Source of the DNA: Myxococcota bacterium
GTDB lineage: Bacteria > Myxococcota_A > UBA796 > CAJQPC01
Assembly: GCA_023150775.1 (NCBI GenBank)
Contig: JAKLKE010000126.1
Span: 1-14,427, forward strand
Reading direction: 5' to 3'
Length of the DNA stretch: 14,427 bases
A program made the position numbers and the translations under genes. The notes beneath the pieces were generated by a model. That model was not told the origin of the DNA. It was given only the letters and a program-made list of their open reading frames with translations, and made no database searches. Positions 7,386 to 13,035 of the stretch are shown here, piece by piece (positions within the stretch are counted from its first letter, which is position 1; every line of letters starts with the position of its first letter).

Positions 7386-8413
7386 TGACCCAGACCACCC
7401 ACCACCCCGACCAGCTCAAGGCCCTCGACGCGGCGCTCAACTCGCTCCACAAGCAGTACGGCCCCGGCGCGGTGATGCGCCTCGACGGCAGCGTCGCCGA
7501 GCAGACGGGCGTGCCCATCTCGACGGGCTCGCTGAGCCTCGACATCGCGCTGGGCATCGGCGGGCTGCCCCGGGGGCGTATGGTCGAGATCTACGGCCCT
7601 GAGGCCAGCGGCAAGACGACCCTCGCCCTGCACGCCATCGCCTCGGTGCAGGCCCAGGGCGGCATCGCCGCGATCATCGACGCCGAGCACGCCCTCGATC
7701 CCAAGTACGCCGCGCACCTCGGCGTGCGCCTCGACCAGCTCCTCGTCTCCCAGCCCGACTCCGGTGAGCAGGGCCTGGAGATCGCCGAGCAGATGTGCCG
7801 CTCCGGCGCCGTGGACCTCATCGTCATCGACTCCGTGGCGGCCTTGGTGCCCGAGGTCGAGCTGGAGGGCCAGATGGGCGATCAGCAGGTGGGGCTCCAG
7901 GCCCGCATGATGTCCAAGGCCCTGCGTAAGCTCACCGGCGTCGTGTCCCGCACCCGCTGCACGGTGATCTTCATCAACCAGCTCCGCCAGAAGATCGGCG
8001 TGGTCTTCGGCCCCTCTGAAGTGACGACGGGCGGCAACGCCCTGAAGTACTACGCCTCGGTGCGCATCGAGGTCCGTCGCGGCGCCAGCATCAAGGTCGG
8101 CGACAAGATCATGGGCGCCAAGACCAACGCCAAGGTGGTGAAGAACAAGCTCGCCGCGCCCTTCCGCAACGGGGAGTTTGACCTGCTCTACGGCGAGGGG
8201 GTCGATCGTCTGGGTGAGCTGGTGGATCTCGGCGAGTCCCACGGCGTCGTGCAGCGGGCGGGGGCCTGGTACGCCTTCGGTGAGGAGCGCCTCGGCCAAG
8301 GCCGAGACAAGGCCCGGGTCACCTTGGCCGAGAACGCCGCCTTGCGCGATCGAATTGAGCAGCTCGTGAAGAGCGCCTCCGGCGTGCCCAACCTCTGCGA
8401 CGAGGTGTGCTGA
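7382..8413 (+). CDS. recA: recombinase RecA
   Basis: Unmistakable RecA sequence: the Walker A '[16 protein letters not shown]', '[14 protein letters not shown]', '[31 protein letters not shown]', and '[19 protein letters not shown]'. Length is 343 aa. GGAG (7372-7375) lies 6 nt before the ATG at 7382. Confidence 0.97.
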
Positions 8414-8605
8414 GCCCATCCAAAAACCCCCTTGAGCGTGGCCGTGGGCCCAAAAACACCAACGTGTTGAGCCGGGAGGTGGCGACCAGACCCGGACCCA
8501 CGGCCACCTTCTCGCCCCACCGCCGGCCTCGGCGTGTGGGGCGCCTTCGTCTTCACGCTTGCGGTCTAAAGAGCGCGCGGCTATCCGCAGACTCCCGGAG
8601 GTCTC

Positions 8606-9382
8606 GTGGAAGAGCGTCAGGTCGGTGCGCATGAGCTGGTGCTTCACGGCACGGAGGGTCCGCCCGTCGCGCTCGTCAGCGGGCCGCCGTTTGGCGCCGC
8701 GCTGTTTCGTGAGGTTCAGCGCCGCCTCGCCCCACGGCGCACCGTCGCCATCACCCTGCGCGCCCCCGACGCCCAGGGCCTCCCCGACCTCAGCGCGTCT
8801 TTGGCGGCCCTGCTCACTGACGTCGGCGCCCGGCGCCTCGTCGCCCATGGCCTCGCCGTGCCCGTCGCCTTGGGCCTGCCCGAGGGCCTCCTCGACGCGC
8901 TGGTGCTCACGAACGGCCCGATCACCCGGGTGGATCCTGTCGCTCGGGCGCTGGGCGCTCTGGGCGGGGCCGGGGCCACCCGCGCCGCGCTCACGACGCT
9001 CCTGCGCCCGCGCCCGCTCAACGCCTGGCTGGCCTCGTCCTTGGGCCTCCGCCGGGCGGTGGTGAACCCCTACACCATGGAGCGCGACATCGTTGCCCTG
9101 GTCACCGCGGCCTGGACGGGTGACGCCGCCGCGCGCCTCGGCGCGGCCCGCTGGTTCGCCGCCCTCGCCGCGCCCCTGCCGACATCCGGCCCCAAGAACG
9201 CGTCCCTCACGCTGATCTGGGGCGATCACGACCCGCTCTACCCCTTGGCCCAGGCCGAGGCCGCCTTGGGCTTCGCCCCCAACGCGCAGCTCCACCGCAT
9301 CCCTGGCGGCCAACATCTGCACCCTGAAGAGCGCCCGTGGGAGCTCGCCGACCTGCTCAGCGCCACGGCGTTGCGCACCTGA
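8606..9382 (+). CDS. alpha/beta-hydrolase-fold protein, apparently lacking the nucleophile Ser
   Basis: GTG start at 8606 with GGAG (8597-8600) 5 nt upstream. The fold is indicated by the acid and His regions 'LIWGDHDPLYP' and 'IPGGQHLHPEERPWELADLL'. The nucleophile elbow reads 'LVAHGLAVPV' instead of G-x-S-x-G. Stop TGA is at 9380-9382. Confidence 0.65.
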   Translation: MEERQVGAHELVLHGTEGPPVALVSGPPFGAALFREVQRRLAPRRTVAITLRAPDAQGLPDLSASLAALLTDVGARRLVAHGLAVPVALGLPEGLLDALVLTNGPITRVDPVARALGALGGAGATRAALTTLLRPRPLNAWLASSLGLRRAVVNPYTMERDIVALVTAAWTGDAAARLGAARWFAALAAPLPTSGPKNASLTLIWGDHDPLYPLAQAEAALGFAPNAQLHRIPGGQHLHPEERPWELADLLSATALRT

Positions 9383-9580
9383 GGCTCAAACTGCGACTTT
9401 TTTGTCGCGATTCGGGCCTTTTGAGGGGTGGAGAGGGGGGTGATCCCCCAGAACCGGCAAGTAAGAAGCGTCATTATCGGGCGAATCTGGCAGATGGCAC
9501 GCGGATTGCATTGTGGGCGGCGGAGACGCTGATTGGTCCGGCGGAAAGCCCCCCCGAACGCCTCACCGATCGCACAAGAG

Positions 9581-9610
9581 CCCCGGTCCTTTTGGACCGG
9601 GGTCTTTTGT
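9581..9610 (+). terminator. rho-independent terminator (9-bp GC stem, 4-nt loop, U-tract)
   Basis: ccccggtcc (9581-9589), loop tttt (9590-9593), ggaccgggg (9594-9602), followed by tcttttgt (9603-9610). The orientation suits the + strand only; the reverse complement has no U-tract. Confidence 0.6.
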
Positions 9611-9667
9611 CTCTGGGGTGCACATCTGCGCGCCTCGTCGTGCGCCACGCCGTGTATCCTCACGCCT

Positions 9668-10180
9668 ATGCCGACGATTCGCCTCGGGGTCCCCGCGGAC
9701 CATCCCCACATGCGGCCCATTGAGGAGGCCGCCGACGCCCTGTTTCACGCCGCCGGGGTGCAGCTCGGCGAGACGGGCGCGGGCCCCGCCGACGACGCGC
9801 CTTACGCCGAGGGCCTCGGCGACGGGCGGGTGCTCATCGCCGAGGACGACGCGGGCGAGCCCATTGGTTTCCTCTACTTAGAGTCTCTCGACGATCACCC
9901 CCACATCGAAGAGATCGCCGTTCACCCCCGCGCCCAGCGCCAGGGCCTCGGCTCGGCGCTCCTGCGGGCCTGCTACGCCCTCTGCCGCGAACGAGGCGCC
10001 CGCGTCTTGAGCCTCTCTACCTTTACCCACGTCCCCTGGAACGCCCCGTTCTACGCACGGGAAGGCTTTGAGGTGGTGCCCGAGGCCGCCTGGACGCCGG
10101 GCATGGTGGCGCTCAGAGCCCGCGAGGCCCGCCTGGGCCTAAGTCTTGACGAGCGCGCCGTCATGATCCGGTCGCTCTGA
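9668..10180 (+). CDS. GNAT-family N-acetyltransferase
   Basis: It has a GNAT core (VLIAEDDAGEPIGFLYLESLDDHPHIEEIAVHPRAQRQGLGSALLRACYALCRERGARVLSLSTF) and a GNAT-like N-terminus (MPTIRLGVPADHPHMRPIEEAA). The ATG at 9668 is preferred over the ORF's upstream Met at 9533, which would read through the terminator hairpin. There is no obvious SD. Stop TGA is at 10178-10180. Confidence 0.8.
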   Translation: MPTIRLGVPADHPHMRPIEEAADALFHAAGVQLGETGAGPADDAPYAEGLGDGRVLIAEDDAGEPIGFLYLESLDDHPHIEEIAVHPRAQRQGLGSALLRACYALCRERGARVLSLSTFTHVPWNAPFYAREGFEVVPEAAWTPGMVALRAREARLGLSLDERAVMIRSL

Positions 10181-10238
10181 CCGTGCGTGCTGGGTTAAGC
10201 ACGCTCCGTCGGCCCCCACCGACCCCTGGAGGTTCTCC

Positions 10239-11303
10239 GTGAGCGACTGGCGCAACAAGCTCCCTTCGGCCTACGACTATCGTGAGAGCGCCCGCGCCCG
10301 AAACACCGGTGAGCGCTTCGCCTGCGTCGTGAACCCCAAAGCGAAGGCCGGAGAGGTCGGCGCGCGCATCGACGAGATCCGCCGCGCCGTAGACCGCGCC
10401 TTCGAGCAGTGGGAGGTGTTCGTCAGCGAGGGCCCGGGCCACGCCACGGAGCTCGCCCAGCAGGCCATCGACGCCGGGTACGACATCATCGCGGCGCTCG
10501 GCGGCGACGGCACCTGCAACGAGGTCGTCAACGGCTTCTTTAACGGTCGCCTCACCCGCCGCCGCAGCGCGGTGTACACGATCTTGCCCTGGGGCACAGG
10601 CTCCGACCTCGCGAAGACCTTACGCGCCCCCGGCACCCTGGAGGACGCCCTCTGGGTGGCCTCTACGGGCATGACCCTGCCCACCGACGTGGGCCACATC
10701 GAGGGGCTCACGAACGACGGGCGCCCCTTCGAGCGGGTCTTCATCAACGTCATGGGCTTCGGCGCCAACGGCGACGTGGTGGATCGTGTCAACAAGGGCT
10801 CCAAGCGCCTCGGCGGCAAGTTCACCTTCTACAAGTCCACCGTCGACTCCCTCATGCAGTACAAGCCCGGCCAGGTGAAGGTCGAGTGGGAGGGCCCCGA
10901 CGGCCCCGGCGAGTGGACGGGGGAGCTCCTCTCGGGCTTCTTGGCCAACGGCGCCTACTGCGGCGGCGGGATGCACGTCGGCAAAGGCGGCTCGATGCAC
11001 GACGGCGCCTTTGATCTCACGCTCTTGCCCAACTTTGGCCTCATCGGAAACGTCGCCCGCTCCTGGCGGCTCTACGACGGCAGCGCCTGGAAGATCCCCG
11101 GCGCCCGCCGCGCCTACGCCACCAAAGTGACGGCGCGGGGCCTCGGCGATGAGCCCGTGCTCATCGACGTCGATGGGGAGCAGCCAGGGTTGTTGCCCGC
11201 CACCATGACCATCCTGCCCAAGTCGCTCATGGTGCGCGGCGGCTGGATTCACTCCCCCTTGCTCGAAGGGGAGCGTGAGGTCTGGCGCCCCGAGCGGGCC
11301 TGA
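10239..11303 (+). CDS. diacylglycerol-kinase catalytic-domain (DAGK_cat) lipid kinase, YegS/BmrU-like
   Basis: It carries the hallmark motif 'AALGGDGTCNEVVNG' and the N-terminal '...ACVVNPKAKAG' of DAGK_cat/YegS lipid kinases. GTG start at 10239 with GGAGG (10228-10232) 6 nt upstream. Stop TGA is at 11301-11303. Confidence 0.85.
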   Translation: MSDWRNKLPSAYDYRESARARNTGERFACVVNPKAKAGEVGARIDEIRRAVDRAFEQWEVFVSEGPGHATELAQQAIDAGYDIIAALGGDGTCNEVVNGFFNGRLTRRRSAVYTILPWGTGSDLAKTLRAPGTLEDALWVASTGMTLPTDVGHIEGLTNDGRPFERVFINVMGFGANGDVVDRVNKGSKRLGGKFTFYKSTVDSLMQYKPGQVKVEWEGPDGPGEWTGELLSGFLANGAYCGGGMHVGKGGSMHDGAFDLTLLPNFGLIGNVARSWRLYDGSAWKIPGARRAYATKVTARGLGDEPVLIDVDGEQPGLLPATMTILPKSLMVRGGWIHSPLLEGEREVWRPERA

Positions 11304-11656
11304 GCCTCGCCGACGCCGAGGGCCAAGCCTGTACAAAAGTCGCGCAGAGGCCTCTGCGGGCGGGCCTCGGCGTTGGCCCAATGGATCCTATCAGGACGCT
11401 CCTGATGGGGATCTCGAATCCCTGTGCAATCCATGTCCAAGCTCCGTCTATAGAGGGTGGTGCTGCCAACGGGGCTCGATCCCGCGGAGTCGCCGTACAT
11501 CAGAAACAATAAATATCACTATTAGGATTAATATCACATAGAGCATTCTCAAGTCGAGCGAACTCAGATCAGCGAGTGCATTTCACGAAACTCTCGCACT
11601 TATCTGAGTAGACGCGGGTTTCTCAGTGTGGTACCTTCGTTCATGCAAGGGTCAGA

Positions 11657-11690
11657 AAGAGTCATAGACTCGCCGTAGACTGCGACTCTT
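11657..11690. promoter_or_regulatory. nested palindromes (AAGAGTC-ATA-GACTC ... GACTCTT) about 40 bp upstream of the HU gene; candidate operator overlapping the promoter
   Basis: AAGAGTC (11657-11663) is the reverse complement of GACTCTT (11684-11690). Inside, GAGTC-ata-GACTC (11659-11671) is a perfect inverted repeat. A -10-like TACAAT lies at 11698-11703. The surrounding region 11480-11716 is markedly AT-rich compared with the ~70% GC context. Confidence 0.3.
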
Positions 11691-11728
11691 TAAGAAATAC
11701 AATAATCACAAGAAAGATGGAGACCGAC

Positions 11729-12022
11729 ATGAACAAGGCGGATCTGACCGAGGCGCTGGCCGAGCGCGCGAACATCCCCAAGGTGCGCGCCGCGAACTAC
11801 ATCAACATCCTCACCGAGGCCATCCGTGAGGCCCTGACCAACGGTGACAAGGTGACCATCTCCGACTTCGGCACCTTCACGATCTCGCGCCGTCGCTCGT
11901 TCAAGGGGCGCAACCCCAAGAACCGCGAAGAGATCAACGTGCCCGAGCGCCGCATCCCCGTGTTCCGCGCGGGCAAAGGCCTCAAAGAGGCCCTCAACGT
12001 CGACGACGTCGTCGCTGAGTGA
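11729..12022 (+). CDS. hup: HU-family nucleoid-associated DNA-binding protein
   Basis: MNKADLTEALAE...GDKVTISDFGTFTISRRRSFKGRNPKNREEINVPERRIPVFRAGKGLKEAL is canonical HU/IHF. The ATG at 11729 has GGAG (11719-11722) 6 nt upstream. An in-frame ATG at 11717 would add 'METD' but has no SD. Stop TGA is at 12020-12022. Confidence 0.9.
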   Translation: MNKADLTEALAERANIPKVRAANYINILTEAIREALTNGDKVTISDFGTFTISRRRSFKGRNPKNREEINVPERRIPVFRAGKGLKEALNVDDVVAE

Positions 12023-12211
12023 GCTGAGCCTCCCTCGTTGGGCGCGCGCTCGCTCCGCGCGCTCAACGAGACATCTTGACGTTTCGCTCCTGATGTACAC
12101 TCTCTCCGTGGCTTGTTCGAGCATCGGCACATCGCGTGGCCTTCGGTGATTCCCACCGTGAAGGGCGATTCGCCCACGCGGCTGCCCTTGGCAGTCGCCA
12201 GGAGCAGGTAC

Positions 12212-12832
12212 ATGGAAGAGAGCACCCACGGAGCTTCTGGCTCCTCCCCTCCTCTTGTCGAGCTTGTCGCGGACGCTCGACTGCCCAGCCGCTACGGCGA
12301 CTTCCGCGTGGTCGGATTTCGCACCTGGGACGGTGAAGACCTCGGCGCGGTCATTCGTGGCGACGTCAACGACGCCGAAGGGGTCCCGGTTCGAATGCAC
12401 TCGGAGTGCTTCACCGGCGACGTCATGGGCAGCCTACGCTGCGACTGCCGCGACCAGCTTGAGGCCGCCCTGCGCTTCATCGGTCGGGCGGAGCGCGGCG
12501 CGGTGTTGTACCTCCCGCAAGAGGGCCGGGGCATCGGCCTCGTGAACAAGATCCGCGCCTACGCGCTGCAAGACATGGGCCTTGACACCGTCGAGGCCAA
12601 CCTCGCCCTGGGCTTTGAGGACGATCTCCGCCGCTACGACGTCGCGGCGAGCATGGTCATGGCCCTCGGCATTCGTTCGGTGTGCCTGCTCACCAACAAC
12701 CCAAAGAAGATCGCCGGGTTGCGTGGCTTCGGAGTGCCCGTCGTCGGGACGATCCCCGTGCGGATGCCCCCAAACGAGCACAACCAGCACTACCTAGACA
12801 CCAAACGCGCCAAGAGCGGTCATCTGCTCTAA
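12212..12832 (+). CDS. ribA: GTP cyclohydrolase II (monofunctional RibA)
   Basis: Diagnostic motifs: 'VRMHSECFTGDVMGSLRCDCRDQLEAAL', 'LYLPQEGRGIGLVNKIRAYALQDMGLDTVEANLALGF..DLRRYDVAASMVMALGI', 'LLTNNPKKI', and 'YLDTKRAKSGH'. The ATG at 12212 has AGGAG (12200-12204) 7 nt upstream; the longer ORF start at 12113 adds a non-homologous extension. There is no DHBP-synthase (RibB) domain. Stop TAA is at 12830-12832. Confidence 0.93.
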   Translation: MEESTHGASGSSPPLVELVADARLPSRYGDFRVVGFRTWDGEDLGAVIRGDVNDAEGVPVRMHSECFTGDVMGSLRCDCRDQLEAALRFIGRAERGAVLYLPQEGRGIGLVNKIRAYALQDMGLDTVEANLALGFEDDLRRYDVAASMVMALGIRSVCLLTNNPKKIAGLRGFGVPVVGTIPVRMPPNEHNQHYLDTKRAKSGHLL

Positions 12833-13035
12833 GGCAAGCCTGCCTCGATCCCGGCGAAGGATCACCGCTTTGTCCTTCGGCAAATCGACGGAGCTTGTTC
12901 TTTTTGTGGTGATCGACGCCGCGGGTGCGCTGCAGCCCTTGTGAACTTGCGCTATGATGCGAAGCCGTTCACGTCGAGTTGACAACAGCCGCTGTCACAC
13001 TCGGCCGTCAGGCCACCTTCTTCGAGGCGCTCAGC

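Noticed and set aside
7268-9322. 684-aa - strand ORF spanning recA and the hydrolase gene
   Set aside because: It is a Gly/Ala/Arg/Asp-rich artefact frame antisense to the unmistakable recA. There is no SD and no domain signal.
9337-9723. 128-aa + ORF and 160-aa - ORF (9238-9720) across the hydrolase-GNAT spacer
   Set aside because: Both read through the terminator hairpin, are Arg-rich, and lack an SD. The region is better explained as non-coding leader or sRNA.
10620-11381. 253-aa - strand ORF antisense to the lipid-kinase gene; also 11690-12400 (-) over the HU gene and leader
   Set aside because: Antisense artefacts. The + strand genes carry the diagnostic GGDGT and HU motifs.
11405-11425. 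tRNA T-loop-like 'gggatctcgaatccc' and a 'ggttcgaatg' string at 12383
   Set aside because: No acceptor stem, D-arm or anticodon arm can be built around either. The second lies inside the ribA coding sequence (GVPVRMH). No tRNA is supported.
12076-12110. sigma70-like promoter TTGACG ... TACACT upstream of ribA
   Set aside because: The spacing between the hexamers is 14 nt, outside the functional 16-19 nt range, so it is not called.
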